A DNA stretch of 64,000 nt. Source: Octopus vulgaris (lineage: Eukaryota). Under the pieces are notes generated by a model that worked only from the letters and a program-made list of their open reading frames with translations, was not told where the DNA came from and made no database searches. This document shows, piece after piece, positions 14,120 through 28,392 of the stretch. The stretch spans positions 33,666,001 to 33,730,000 of the forward strand of contig OX597819.1 of NCBI GenBank assembly GCA_951406725.2. Reading direction: 5' to 3'. Both the position numbers and the translations under genes were made by a program. The stretch's first letter is position 1. The number at the start of each line of letters is the position of its first letter.

Positions 14120-15828
14120 CATTTTGAATATTTCAAAATGTAGACCTACATCATGTACAAAACTTGAATCTTACCAAAGACATTTTAATGTTTGTTGGAA
14201 GATGTCAAACTTGGTAACTGATGAATTTTACCATTGTTCTGTATATTTGGGTGTAAGTATGTGTGCATGTAAGTGTGTGTGTGTGTGTGGGGGAACATCT
14301 CTTCTCTACCATTTTTATATTCATCCCTGCCACTCCCTTCCACCCTTATATAATGTGGGGTATCCATGTGTTTTCTTTATAGCAAGACACCTTCTTTATA
14401 GCAGGACACCTTTTCTTGTACCTCTATCATACTTTAAACTCTCACCCTGGTATAAAGTAACCTTGCCTTCTCAAATAACCCCACCGCACTCCCTTAGTCA
14501 AGTGGAGGTTTACCTGTTCTTTTCTCTCATGCAAGTTAATTGGTGATCTCACTAGAATTGGTGACATGAAGAGATTCTGCTAGAGTTATGGAATCGTTGC
14601 AACATAATGTACAGCATCAGGTATATTCCTTATTACATCACTGCTGATGCATGGGGTATTTTGGCTAAGCTTAGAATTACTGGAAAGGTTTTTCTACAAC
14701 AATCTCAAAGTACACACTGCAGAGGGGTTGGTATTAGGAAAGGCATCCAGCTGTAGAAAACATCTCAAGGATGACACTGGATCTCAACACAGCCCTGCAG
14801 CTCCTGCTAAACCGTCTAACTTATCTCTGAATGGAAAACAGATGTTAAAGGATGATGATGTACTTAGAGTAAAACAACTAAATTGAGACATTTTCAAAAT
14901 GCCATATCTTAATAAAGTATCACAAATTTCAACTACTCATAAGATAATATCTTTATGGTTGTATTTTCTTTTTTTTTTTTTTGTGGTGTGTGGCTGTGTG
15001 GTTCTAGGTTCAGTGTCACTGCATGGCACCTTGGGCAACTGTCTTCTACTATAGCTTTGGACCAACCAAAGACTTATGAGTGGATTTGGTAGATAAAAAC
15101 TGAAAGAAGCTTATCATGTGTGTGTGTGTGTGTGTGTGTGTGCGTGCATTTGCCTCCCACCACCACTTTTCAACTGGTGTTCACATCCCCCGTAACTTAA
15201 CAGTTTGGCAAGAGAGATCAATAAGTACTAGGGTCAATTCATTCAACTAAAATTCCTCAAAGTGATACCCCAGCATGGCCACAGTCTAATGACTGAAACA
15301 AGTTAAAAATAAAAGAAAAAAACAAATTCTGCTAGAGTTATGGAATCACTGCAACATAACGTATAGCATCAGGGACATCCATAATTACATCACTGCTGAT
15401 GCAGGGAGTGAGCAACGATAATAATTCACTGTGTTTTGGCTAAACTTAGAATTACTGGAAACATAGGGTGCCAAGAGCACCATCCGAGCGTGATCACTGC
15501 CAGAGCAGCCAACTGGCTTCTGTGCTAGTGGCACGAAAATGGGCACCATTCGAGTGTGATCATTACCAATGTCGCCTTACTGGCACCTGTGCTGGTGGCA
15601 TATGTAAAAGGATTTGAGCGAGGTCATTGCCAGTACCGCCTGACCGGCCCCCGTGCCAGTGGCACGTAAAAAGCACCCACTAAACTCTCGGAGTGGTTGG
15701 CGTTAGGAAGGGCATCCAGCTGTAGAAACACTGCCAAATCAAGATAGGAGCCTGGTGCAGCCATCTGGTTTGCCAGCCCTCAGTCAAAATCGTCCAACCC
15801 ATGCTAGCATGGAAAGCGGACGTTAAAC

Positions 15829-15865
<37 letters not shown>

Positions 15866-16215
15866 CTTCAACAGTCTCAAAGTACTTATAACAACTACTA
15901 GCATACCAACTCCTTCTTTCTGCTTGGTTCAAGATGATCTACAGCAGTTAATCCCACCAACAGTGTTACCAGACTTGCAAATGATCCATGGAATGAATAG
16001 TAAGGAACATAGCTGGAACCAGTGAAAATAACGGAAGCATGAAGTCATATTATTCGCAGGTATCAGAAAATTGTCATAACCTGGTTTAAACTTAGACAGC
16101 TCTCTGAAAGCTTTTCATTACGTGAAGCACTCAAGAGGAGAAATACACACATATATATAAATGCATATATATATATATATATATATATATACGAGTGTGC
16201 AGTGGTGTATGTATG

Positions 16216-16298
<83 letters not shown>

Positions 16299-16333
16299 CT
16301 ATATCTATATCTATATATATATATGTATGTATA

Positions 16334-16379
<46 letters not shown>

Positions 16380-16397
16380 CATTTATATTTATGTATG

Positions 16398-16428
<31 letters not shown>

Positions 16429-17094
16429 ATATATATGTATGTATATATATATTGTTTTTCGTTTTAATCCAGACAATTTAATGTTCTCAACGTAGTCCTG
16501 GCCCAATGACATGGAAACATTTAATAATATAGCCTTGCTTACTGTAAAGATGGATCTGAAATCTTTTTTTTTTTTTTTGTGAGAGAGAGAGAGAGAGTGT
16601 GTGTGTTGAAGGGTGGGTTGAACGTAATAGCGACCATTATAATGTCGGTAGAATAGCTGAGTTGTTTCCCTTGTTGATAGTAACGGATTTTACTATTAAA
16701 ACAAGATAAGTCATTTTCTGTCACTGAAATGTATGAAAGTAGATCATTCCAGAGTGGTTAGAGAATTAACTAACTGTTATTACTATTATTAATTACTAAA
16801 TTCTCTAGCGGTATTTATGGCTGAGACATCTAATCAACTCTAAATTTAAAAAACTAAACCATGCAAGTTATAATATTTCAGAGAAAGTGTAACACATTTA
16901 AAGGATTTGGTAGCAAAGTGATGCTTAAGCAAACAGTTGATCCCTTCAACATTAGATGCTAGAGAATATTGTTAATTCTTCTTCTTTAACATATTGCTAT
17001 ATTATAGTTTTATTGAGTTCTTTCTTTTTTTATGCATAAACTCTCTTTTAGTGAATGACCAAGTATATTTGATTGCTTAAACTCAAGATAAAAC

Positions 17095-17492
17095 GGATCT
17101 TTTCGGTTTGAATGGCAGTTTTTTAAAATAATTTCTATGTAATTAAAAAATTTTAAACTTCGTATACTGGTAGAATGTGTTTATAAAACATCTTTTTCTC
17201 TTGGCTTTATTGAGAAAATTCTATAGTTTGTAAGATATTCATTGTTCTTCCTCTTCAATTTCTGAAATTTCAACCAACTACTGACGTCTATTGAGGTAAA
17301 AAAAAACAAACATTCTGTGCTGTATGAATATGTCCCTCGTTTAAAAAAAAAGATTGGGTTTATTTACATTTGTGAAGAAAAAAAGATACCCTTCGCCCCA
17401 CCCCTAACCCTAACCGTAACTAACCCTAACCCTGAAATAGATTGAAATGCAATAGATCGATACTAGGGTCATAATTATGTGTGACAATTTCA
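17095..17492. mobile_element. Same MITE family, right TIR missing
   Basis: Left TIR and body colinear with 11827-12234; CCCTAA repeats at about 17401-17432. Confidence 0.85.
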
Positions 17493-17673
17493 CAAACTTT
17501 TTTTCATTAATTTTATCTACTGATTTGGCTGATATAAACCATCACTGTTTCCATTAGAAGCCAGGAGATTATTTTTCTTTATTCTGGATTTCTGGATTAA
17601 AACTCATGATGATTGTTTAAAAAACTTCAACACATTTTGTGTCACATATGAAGCCCTTATGATATAATGTGCC

Positions 17674-17726
<53 letters not shown>

Positions 17727-18403
17727 CACATTCAGTTAAAATGGCTTATTGATGTGTTTTGTTCCTTTTTTTTCCCCTGATGAGATGATTGTATTGTTTT
17801 ACATAATTTTTATTCCCTCTGGAATAATCTCAATGCTTTTTTCAAAACATATGCTGGAAGTGTAACTGATTTGAATAACACCTGCATTTGAATGAATGAA
17901 TGAATGAATGAATCCATCCATCCATCCATCCATTCAACCATCCATCCACCCATGCATACATACATACATACATACATACATACATCATACATACATGCAT
18001 ATATGCATGCATACATATTCTTGCTTAAAAGCTGCACTCTGTGCAGACTTTTACGTTGGCTCCTGCAGAGGGCTAATTGGGCCTGTAGCCCAAATCTAAG
18101 GGGAGCAATAATATTAATAAAGCATATATTGTACCCTTCCAATATGGTGTTATTTTAAATTCAGTTTAAATGAAAATCTTGTAAGTTCACAAATTTTTGG
18201 AATTCTACTAAAATTTGAATTTTCAACTATTATCATATAACAAATCTTCATTCAAACCCAATTCCAATGCTGGATGCCCAAGAACCGAATGAAGGGCAGA
18301 TTTTCAATCCCAAGATCACCCTTATTCCAAAAGGTATGATATGTCTATGTAGAGCAGATGTAGACTGAGATACAGGGATCCCAGATGGACTTCGTGTTTA
18401 TTA

Positions 18404-18864
18404 TCTATATATATAAAACTCTAGTTGTGTGAGTGTCTGTCCCCTTCGATTTAGATTCCTAACTCCTCCCACATTTTGCGGTGCAGTTTAACCAAATTCG
18501 GGTATCTTATAGTCGTGATTAATATCGAGCCCGTCTGGCTATTAGCGCGTGTCAACGATGAGTCTACGATTTTAAAAATAATTTAACATCATTTTTTATT
18601 CCATGCTCACAGCTGCACCTGTTTGCTTCTCCCCCTTCCCTCCCTCGTGAAGCTGTGGGGAAGGGAGTGTAAAGAAATCAACGTCGTAATGCATTGTCAA
18701 GGAGACCAGCGTTCTTTTAGAACAACGACTTCATGGCTTGAAGACACCAAAACAGAAATGGCTAAGAAAGCCCGAATTGGCATCTATAAGGGAAGTAACT
18801 CTCTAAAAATGCTTATATAGTTATTTCCCTTACAAACCCGAGCAACGCCGGGCGATACTGCTAG
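18404..18864 (+). mobile_element. Non-autonomous Helitron
   Basis: 5' TC, 3' CTAG, inserted between A and T, subterminal hairpin cccgagcaacgccggg. Confidence 0.88.
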
Positions 18865-19124
18865 TTATTGATAAGATAGGAAGAGAGAGAGAGAGAGAGA
18901 AATGCTCAACACTAATAATTGTTTCATGATACATCAGTCTCCAAACCTAGAAGTTCACCAAGAAAAATGCACAGGGTGAAATCTGACAAATTGAAATGAT
19001 GTAAGCAGAACAATCTAGAATCTGATGCTATATCTAGAATTCTTAACTTTAGGAAGTCTTTGTCACTCTATTTTCAATCTGAATGATGATTTTCACAGTA
19101 TAAAAGACAAAAATTTACTCTTAC

Positions 19125-19211
19125 CTCAAAGGTCAGTTGGCCTTGTGATTTATTTATCTTGGTCTGCATATCCAGACGTATGTGTCCCTGAGGTTTTCTC
19201 AACACATCATG
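19125..19211 (-). CDS. PLEKHH2: PH domain 1, middle exon (HDVLRKPQGHIRLDMQTKINKSQGQLTFE), 87 nt, phase 0/0
   Basis: DVLRKPQGHI motif; ttatcag acceptor, gtaaga donor. Confidence 0.93.
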
Positions 19212-19333
19212 CTGATAAATAAATAATACATGAAGCAAATTAGTGCACCATTGTTGCATTGCATTCAGTTCAGTTGTATATTACAGTGTTAAAACATAAG
19301 CCAATACTAGTTATTAAAAAAATAATAATAATA

Positions 19334-19386
<53 letters not shown>

Positions 19387-21263
19387 CTAGTAATAAATAA
19401 TCTTTCAAAACTTCCATGCTTCCTGAGATTCGCCGACACTACACCTGATTTTCTCCCCTCCATACACATGCAAGCATATATCTGACTCATACACTGTTCA
19501 CTTTCCAGACATTTGTACATTACTGCATATGCTTTATACGCACTTTTTGACAAGTTGTGGGGCACCTGAACACTGTATACAATAATTTCATTATTATAAT
19601 AGTTATCAACTTTACATATTCAGATGCTTAAATTTATGGGAAAATTCTTTATTACAGATGGTTGGAAGTCTTAGAGACTTCCAGATATTACCTAGATTAA
19701 ACTTCCAGAACTATTTTTTAGATTTACTGACAAACTTTGACACACCTTTGTAACTAGAAGACAGGGGACAAAGCTTTAACAGTCCAAAATTATACAAAAA
19801 CTCAATGAGATACCTTCTATATGATTGCCCAATGATTGTGTTCTTTAAAAAAAGAATGGATATTGAAGATTTAATCCTTTAGCATTTAAACCAGCCATAT
19901 TTACCTGGTTTATGTTAAAACCAGCTAGATCTAGCCTCTCACACTTACTCTATAATATCATTCCAAAAATATACTATCACTTCATTGAAATCTCAAAGCT
20001 GCAAGATAATGCATGATTAATTCAAAATAATTCTAGCCTCTCACACTTACTCTATAATATCATTTCAAAAATATGCTATCACTTCATTGAAATCTCAAAG
20101 CTGCAAGATAATGCATGATTAATTCAAAATAATTTCCATAAATAAGCATTACATTTGACAGAATGATTTGAATACTAAAGAATTAAATATACTTAAAATG
20201 ACAGGATGGTTAACTCAAGGTCAAAATAAATCTAGGGACACACATATAGCTATACACAAGGTTATGCATGTAATTGTCTTAGCTTAGCCATCACTTGTGA
20301 GCAAGTAAGACCTGGTAGTTTGTATTACATTTTAAATTAATTAATGACTTGTAGGGACATGATATTTCATTATGCAACCATAGTATACTATGAAGTATAT
20401 CAAACTCTTGTTTTTATGAACTGATACCATGTTCTACTGTTTGAGAAAATGCAGTCATGAGCAGAGATAGATACTCTCTGTACAGATTTCCTAATTGCAA
20501 CCACATTTTGGTGTGGTTACTATGGTTGGATACCATAGAAACCATGGCATATATGGGACACAAGAACAAGGCATAGTGCTTCAGCCTACCTAGAAGGTTA
20601 GTAGCACTGAATATGAATTGATATGGATCATAATTACCTGTCCAAAGCAAGCCATGCTACCTTGAGACATGGAAGAATGATGCTTATGCATACATATAAA
20701 TTGAGAAATTATTTATTCATCACTGCCAAGGTATTTTGGAGAGAGAGATAGAAAGGAAGGACGGAAGGAAGGAAGGAAGGAAGGAAGGAAGGAAGGAAGG
20801 AAGGAAGGAAGGAGAGAGAGTGATATTTAGTAGAGGGAATTCTGAACCAGCAGGATCCACATATTTTAGTGGAACCAAGAGTGAGTAACCCCCACCCTTT
20901 CTCTCACGCACACACACGCACACACACACGACATTCCACCATGGAAACTAATATTTGAGGAGGTTTGACCATTCTAACACTGGGAACCTAGAAGTTGGTT
21001 AGGGAGTGATCCGTAAGATAGAATTTGAAGTAGCTTTAGAAAATTAGCCAACAGGGAATCTGTCTACAAGACAGCAAAGAAAGTGATGTGAAACAATTTC
21101 AAATAGTTCATCTAATATAGCCAGGGAAACATGAAATGTGAAAGAATGAAAGACAAAAGAGATGATAGATAAATGGTTCTTTGTAGTGATGATGGTGGTT
21201 TGGTGCTAGCAGCAAAGGCAATGGTGAATTTGGAAAAGAGTCTAACAGAAACTATAAGCAATT

Positions 21264-21426
21264 AGGCGCAGGAGTGGCTGTGTGGTAAGTAGCTTGCTTA
21301 CCAACCACATGGTTCCGGATTCAGTCCCACTGCGTGGCATCTTGGGCAAGTGTCTTCTGCTATAGCCCCGGGCCAACCAATGCCTTGTGAGTGGATTTGG
21401 TAGACGGAAACTGAAAGAAGCCTGTC

Positions 21427-21476
<50 letters not shown>

Positions 21477-21693
21477 ATATGTTTGTGTGTCTGTGTTTGT
21501 CCCCCTAGCATTGCTTGACAACCGATGCTGGTGTGTTTACGTCCCCGTCACTTAGCAGTTCGGCAAAAGAGACCGATAGAATAAGTACTGGGCTTACAAA
21601 GAATAAGTCCCGGGGTCGATTTGCTCGACTAAAGGCGGTGCTCCAGCATGGCCGCAGTTAAATGACTGAAACAAGTAAAAGAGTAAAGAGAGT
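21264..21693 (+). mobile_element. SINE family A, near full-length copy
   Basis: Head aggcgcaggagtggctgtgtgg (A-box-like) and ggattcagtccc (B-box-like), central (TA)n/(TG)n, tail aagtaaaagagtaaagagagt. Confidence 0.9.
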
Positions 21694-22842
21694 AATTAAA
21701 TCTAATCTGTTATATGGTAGAAAAGAACTGATACCATTTCAAAAATGTTTGAGAAGCATTCTCTTAAGATTGTGTCAGACACGATGTTATATTTTATTAT
21801 AATTTTATCATATTTTATCATATTTTATTATCATTATAATTATACATGAATGCATGACAATATTACACATATATAGGGCATTGGGCTGGCAGAATCATTA
21901 GCATTCAAGGTAAAATGTTTAGCGGTATTTTGTATGTCTTTATGTTCCAAGTTCAAATTCCAAAGAAGTCGACTTTGCTTTTCGTCCCTTTCAGGGACAA
22001 TAAAATAAGTACCGCTGGACACCCACCCACACCCATAATTACTAGCCTTGTGCCAAAATTTGAAATCAATATTACACATATATACACAATATTACACAGG
22101 TATGAACAGCAAACTTATATACATATGCACAACAACAATGCACATTTATATACAATAAAACTGTATTCTCTTTTACTCTCTTACTTATTTCAGTCATTTG
22201 ACTGTGGCCATGCTGGAGTACTGCCTTTAGTCGGGCAAATCGACCCCAGGACTTATTCTTTGTAAGCCTAGAACTTATTCTATTGGTCCCTTTTCCTGAA
22301 CTGCTAAGTTACAGGGACATAAACACACCAGCATCACATGTCAAGCGATGTTGGGGGGGACAAACACAGACACACAAACATATACACACACACATACATA
22401 TATTTATATATGTATATATATATACATATATACGATGGGCTTTTTTCAGTTTCTGTCTACCAAATCCACTCAAAAGGCTTTGGTCGGCCCAAGGCTATAG
22501 AAGAAGACACTTGCCCAAGGTGCCACACAGTGGGACTGAACCCGGAACCGTGTGGTTCATAAGCAAGCTACTTACTACACAGCCACTCCTACGCCTACTT
22601 ACCAGACAGCCACTCCTATGCCTGTATGTATATGTACACAGATAAGCACAAATAATTTCAGAGCAACAAGACTCATAATTTCATAAGTCTACTCTGAAAA
22701 TATAGACAGATTAATTCTAATAAAATACGATAATATAAATGTATTTATTATTGGTTTCAAATTTTGGCACAAGGCCCACCAAGTTTGAAGGAGAGAGTAA
22801 GCTGATTATATCAACCCTGCTGTTCAACTAGTACTTATGTTA

Positions 22843-23364
22843 CTTACTACTACTTGTTCCTTCTCGAGCCATGCCTGGTGCATAAGGGCCGGTTTCCCGC
22901 CGACGGACGGGCACTCTCCGAGTTCGGGTTCGGGAATATTAACCCGATTCCCTTTCGATGCGAGGCCGGCTGCGTACTACGATGAACTGGAAGTTCTTGT
23001 TATAACGACGGATCCGGCGCCTTTCGTGGAAGCTTTCGCCCGCTTCTTAGGACCGACTGACCCTTGCTCGACCGCCGTTGGCACGGAACCCTTCTCCACT
23101 TTGGTCTTCGAAGGTCTCGTTCGTATAGGTTCCCCACCTGGACGGAATGCTGGTCCATTGCAAGTGAGCTGCAAGATGCAGGAGGAAAGAGTGAGAGAAA
23201 GTTGTGGCGAAAGAATCAGCAGAAGTTCGCCATTACCTTCTGCCGGTGCTGCGAGGAGCTTAGGTGTTTCACTCATAAACACACACATCACCTGGTCTGA
23301 AATTTGAACCCGCGATCTCTCGACCGCGAGTCCGCTGCTCTAACCACTAGACCATGTGCCTCCG
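22843..23364 (-). mobile_element. tRNA-derived SINE with an internal 28S rRNA fragment, nested in a family B SINE
   Basis: Colinear with 47124-47432 apart from the insert; 12-bp TSD gtacttatgtta at 22831-22842 and 23365-23376. Confidence 0.9.
22900..23121 (-). pseudogene. 28S (LSU) rRNA fragment, about 220 nt
   Basis: Minus strand reads aagtggagaagggttcc...gggtcagtcggtcctaaga...tcgaaagggaatcgggttaatattcccgaacc, conserved eukaryotic LSU rRNA core segments. Isolated fragment, not an rDNA unit. Confidence 0.92.
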
Positions 23365-23767
23365 GTACTTATGTTATAGATCTGGACAGGATGAAAGGCA
23401 AAGTCGACCCTGGCAGAAGTTGAACTTAGAACATGAAGACAGACGAAATGCTGTTAAACACGTTCCCAGCATGCTGGTGATTTAGCCAGCTTGCCATCTT
23501 GATTAATGTATTTCATATTAATTTAGTAATTAACTCTTAAACACTACATGGTTGGACTAATGTAGTAATGTGAAATAATATAAATGCGTTTGATATTTGT
23601 TCGGTACTAATTGTTAAACGTCCATGCATGGCTGCGTGGTAAGAAGCTTCCTTCTCAGCCACATGGTTCCAAGTTCAGTCCCACTGCATGGCACCTTGGG
23701 CAAGTGTATTCAACTATAATGGATTTGATAAAGGAAACTGAAAGAAGCCTGTTGTAAGTGTTATGTG

Positions 23768-23812
<45 letters not shown>

Positions 23813-24009
23813 TTTCCCTCACCAACACTTATCAACCGGTGTTGGTATGTTTATATCCCTATAACTTAGCAGTTTGGCAAAAGAGAGCAATAGAGTAAAT
23901 ACCAGGCTTAAAAAAAAAGAAAAGTACTGGGATTGATTCATTTGACTAAAAAATTATCCATGGTGGTGCCCCAGCATGGCCACAGTCTAATGACTGAAAC
24001 AAGTAAGAA

Positions 24010-24245
24010 GATTCTTCGGAATCATTATTTCACACTCAGAATTGCTGAAGCGTGGAATAAGCTACCTGCATCAGTAGATAGCTGTCAAAACACTACATCC
24101 TTCAAAATGTCCTAGCTCCCTGAAATTCACCAATGGTACACCTGATACCCCACAACCCATGTTTCTTTTTTTTTCTTTCTTTTTTTTAACAATTTATTCA
24201 TTGTTTACTTTCTATGCATCATTCTATGTACTGTGCATGCAGTTT
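24010..24245 (+). mobile_element. CR1-like LINE 3' fragment
   Basis: RNHYFTLRIAEAWNKLPASV motif; probable tail at 24518-24567, similar to 19400-19600 (minus). Confidence 0.65.
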
Positions 24246-24503
24246 TGGTTGCATTTTCTTATTTCTTTATTACCCACAAGGGGCTACATACAGAGGGGAC
24301 AAACAAGGACAGACAAATGAATTAAGTCGATTATATCGACCCCAGTGCATAACTGGTACTTTTTTAATCGTCCCCAAAAGCATGAAAGGCAAAGTCAACC
24401 TCGGCAGAATTTGAACTCAGAATGTAGCGGCAGACAAAATACCACTAAGCATTTCGCCCAGCATGCTAACATTTCTGCCAGCTCGCCCCCTTTTTTTTAG
24501 TTA

Positions 24504-24692
<189 letters not shown>

Positions 24693-24988
24693 TCAAAATG
24701 AAGATAAGAGGAGTCAAAGCGATAAACAGATATACTGAAAAAGGAATGAATGATATACATAGACTGGGAGATTTTTAGTACTAAGACAAATAGATAACAT
24801 TGGTAAAGGCATAAGATAGGCACAAATGAAAAGTAAGTTTACACATAGGCACAGGTGTGGCTGTGTGGTAAGAAGCTTGCTTCCCAAACCCATGATGATG
24901 GGTTTGGGCACGTATCTTCTACTATAGACTTGGGTCAAACAAAGTCTCTTGAGTGGATTTGATAGACAGAAGCTGAAAGAAGCCCATC

Positions 24989-25063
24989 GTGTGTATGTAT
25001 GTATGCATGTATGTATGTATGTATGTATGTATGTATGTATGTATGTATGTGCATGTGTGTGTC

Positions 25064-25098
<35 letters not shown>

Positions 25099-25135
25099 AT
25101 GTATGTATGTATGTATGTATGTGCATGTGTGTGTC

Positions 25136-25200
<65 letters not shown>

Positions 25201-25321
25201 GTGTGTGTGTATGTATGTATGTATGTATGTATGTATGTATGTATGTATGTATTTATGTATGTATGCATGCATGCATGCATGTATGTATGTATCTATGTAT
25301 GTATGTATGTATGTATGTATT

Positions 25322-25352
<31 letters not shown>

Positions 25353-25413
25353 ATGTATGTATGTATGTATATGTATGTGTGTATGTATGTATGTATGCAT
25401 GTATGTATGTATG
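24989..25413. repeat. Compound (GTAT)n/(GT)n microsatellite within a SINE A copy; representative of many simple repeats
   Basis: Read directly; other large tracts at 4468-4632, 8588-8718, 10669-10820, 16150-16451, 35203-35277, 38500-38610. Confidence 0.95.
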
Positions 25414-25657
25414 TTTACCTCCACATCCCCACTCTATCAACATTTGGCAACCAGTGTTGGTGTGTTTATATCCCTGTACTTTAACGGTTCAGCCTAGGAG
25501 ACCAGTAGAATAAGTACTAGACTTAAATAGCACCTGGGGTTGATTTTTTTTACTGAAACCCTTTAAAGCAGTAACCCAGCATGGCTGCAGTCAAATGACT
25601 GAAATAAGTAAAAGAATTAAAGAACATATTGGAAAAATTTATTTACTGAAACATATA

Positions 25658-26015
25658 TCTTTATATATAAAAGTCAAGTTGTGTGTCTGTCTCCTACGAT
25701 TTAGATTCCTTACTCCCACATAGTCGTGATTCATATCGAGCCCTTCTGGGTATTAGCGCGCGTCTACGATGAGTCTACGATTTAAAAAAAATTTACCATC
25801 ATTTTTTTCCATTTTAATGCATTTTTTCGCTATTATATAAGGGAAGTAACTCTCTAAAAATGTCTACGATGAGTCAACGATTTAAAAAAAAATTTACCAT
25901 CATTTTTTTTCCATTTTTAATGCATTTTTTTGCTATTTTTTGGCTATAACTCTCTAAAAATGCTTATATAGTTATTTCCCTTACAAACCCGAGCAACGCC
26001 GGCCGATACTGCTAG
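25658..26015 (+). mobile_element. Non-autonomous Helitron, same family as 18404-18864
   Basis: A|TC...CTAG|T with matching ends and an internal duplication. Confidence 0.88.
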
Positions 26016-27180
26016 TTTGATATATAAGTAAAATTTAAGGTGGTGAGCTGGTAGAATTGTTAGTAAGCTGGGCAAAAAGCTCAGCAGCATTTTGTTCAGC
26101 TTAATGTTCTGAGTTCAAATTCCACTAAGGTTCACTTCCTCTTTCATCCTTTCAGGGTCTATAAAATAAGTACCAGCTGAGAACTGGGGGTCAAAGCAAT
26201 TGATTTAACTCCTTCCCACAAATTGCTGGTCTTGCACCAAAATTTGAATACATTTAAGGAAAATGTGCAATGAAGTTTTCCATCAGCAACCCTATTATCA
26301 TCACTGTTATTGATCAAATCATTGGTTCTGATATTTTTTCTATGGACCCCTTTGATTCCCATTTTATCCTTATTTCTCTATTGCCCACATGGGGCTAAAC
26401 ATAGAGGGGACAAACAAGGAGAGACAAAAGAATTAAGTCAATTACATCGACCCCGGGGCATAACTGGTACTTAATTTATTGACCCCAAAAGGATGAAAGG
26501 CAAAGTAAACCTCAGCAGAATTTGAGGTCAGAACGTAATGGCAGACGAAATACCGCTAAGTATTTCGCCCAGCTTTCTAACGATTCTGCCTGTTCACCAC
26601 CTTTTATTCTACTGGATACCCACAGACTTTTGATGCTTTAAAAAAAATCCTATTGTATTTTTATAATTAAATATTATTAGGAGTTGTATAAAAGAATTGT
26701 TAAAATATTTTGTGCATTGTAGTTGTTTGACCAGTTTATTGTATATAATTTTTGGCCACAAATCACTGGATTAAATGCTTATACAATTAAACAGCTCTGC
26801 ATTTATGAGTTAAACAATTCTGCTTTTAACATCTCTACATGAGTTTTCATTTAGCAGTAAGTTATGTGTACATGTATGTGTGTGTGTGTGAGTGTGTGTA
26901 TGTGTGTGTATACATCTGAGTGTGTGCATGTATATATGTGTGTGTGTGTAATATAAATAATGTGTTACTGGAGCAGCTGATGTTCGCTGTGCTTTGTCTG
27001 TTGGTGGTGGCATTGCTACTACTGCTGTTGTTGGTACTGGCGTCGTTGTTGTTGTTGTTGTTATGGTCAACGACATTACCAATACTGGCAGTGATAGCAT
27101 CGCAGCGCCAATACCAACCACAGCTGTAGTAGCAACACCAACCGTCATAGCACCGCCAACTCCAACCACAGATCCTTCTT

Positions 27181-27724
27181 CAGGATACCAGAAAGGAGAT
27201 ACGTCATTAACCAGTCATGTATGGCAGCTAAAATATGACGGGATTCCATACACAATATTATGGAGAATCCTAGAAAATCCACGCCCCTACATAAATGGTT
27301 CCAAGCACTGTAAACTATGCATAGTGGAACATGTGAGGATTCTAAAGGATTCCCTCAACCCAGGGAACATCCTTAACTCTAGGATGGAGGTTTTCGGACT
27401 GTGCTTGCATTTCAGGAAATTCTTGCTGGCCTATTGGAACCTACAGGATAACAGGGTCACTGGCAATCGATAGCCAAACAGAGAAAATCCCTTGTTGTTG
27501 TCATTGAGTAGCAAGACCCTTTCCCCCTGCATATTCTAGAGATGTCACTCGCTAGAGAGGCCTTAAGCCAACAGGTTGTGAGATTTGATGATATGCCATA
27601 AAGCAAAATGCTTTATGGGTGCAAAACCCAGGGTAATCCCATAAACCTGCCTTATCTAACTTTATTTACATAATATACTGCTCTATAATTAGAATATGCT
27701 TCTTATTTGGATTTATGCTTTACA

Positions 27725-27761
<37 letters not shown>

Positions 27762-27970
27762 ATGGAAAATGTATTTAGCAAGAATTTTTAAAAGATTCTT
27801 GTTAAATCCATTTCCATTTACCTCATTATAAACTCAATGAACACAGTGGAATTCTTGACATGGATCCGGTGACAATTATATCATAACTGTAGACGACATC
27901 AGGTAGCCTACACGGTGAAAGTGCTTTAATTGGCATACCATTTGGCATATACTCACAGTCCAAATAATTA
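27181..27970 (+). mobile_element. Penelope-like element fragment (GIY-YIG endonuclease C-terminus plus 3' region)
   Basis: TSLTSHVWQLK...ILWRIL...Y...CKLC..EH...LNSRME...CLH pattern; 27600-27650 is homologous to the reverse complement of about 44212-44262. Confidence 0.8.
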
Positions 27971-28392
27971 CTTTTATATATACATATATTACATTATGTA
28001 TTATAGATTAGTTCTTCCATTTTATTTCAGGCAAATTATCTTTGAATTAATGAAAGTAGAAACTTTTGGTTACAGCATCAAAGCTATAACATATTAAAAA
28101 AATATATCTATATTTGATCTATAATTATATTCAGCTTTAGAGTCCTTTAGGATTTCTGGTTTCCTTCAGGTTATTAGCAATAATCAAATGATATCTCATT
28201 TTTTTTTTTATCTATGGATTTTATATATAAAACAAATACAAATTGAAAAGACAGCAGAGAAATTATCTAAGGGCAATAACTCCTACAAATGTTCAATTAT
28301 CTCCCTTGCTATCTCTCTTCTAGCTAAGTAAACCTGCATATTTCTTCTTTAAAAACAAACAATAAAAACGTATTTATTCAGTAAATAATCCC

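Noticed and set aside
13761-14546. 261-aa MGTS/MGSS repeat ORF and its antisense ORFs
   Set aside because: Translation of a 12-bp minisatellite that is open in several frames; intronic, with no gene structure.
22900-23121. Functional rRNA gene or R2-type rDNA insertion site
   Set aside because: Only about 220 nt with no flanking rDNA; it is embedded in a SINE.
22837-23307. 156-aa and 104-aa ORFs
   Set aside because: Chance frames across the GC-rich rRNA fragment and SINE.
24714-25513. Long HTYI/VCMY ORFs (also 4435-4671, 10554-11097, 16063-16512, 60811-61367)
   Set aside because: Microsatellite translations.
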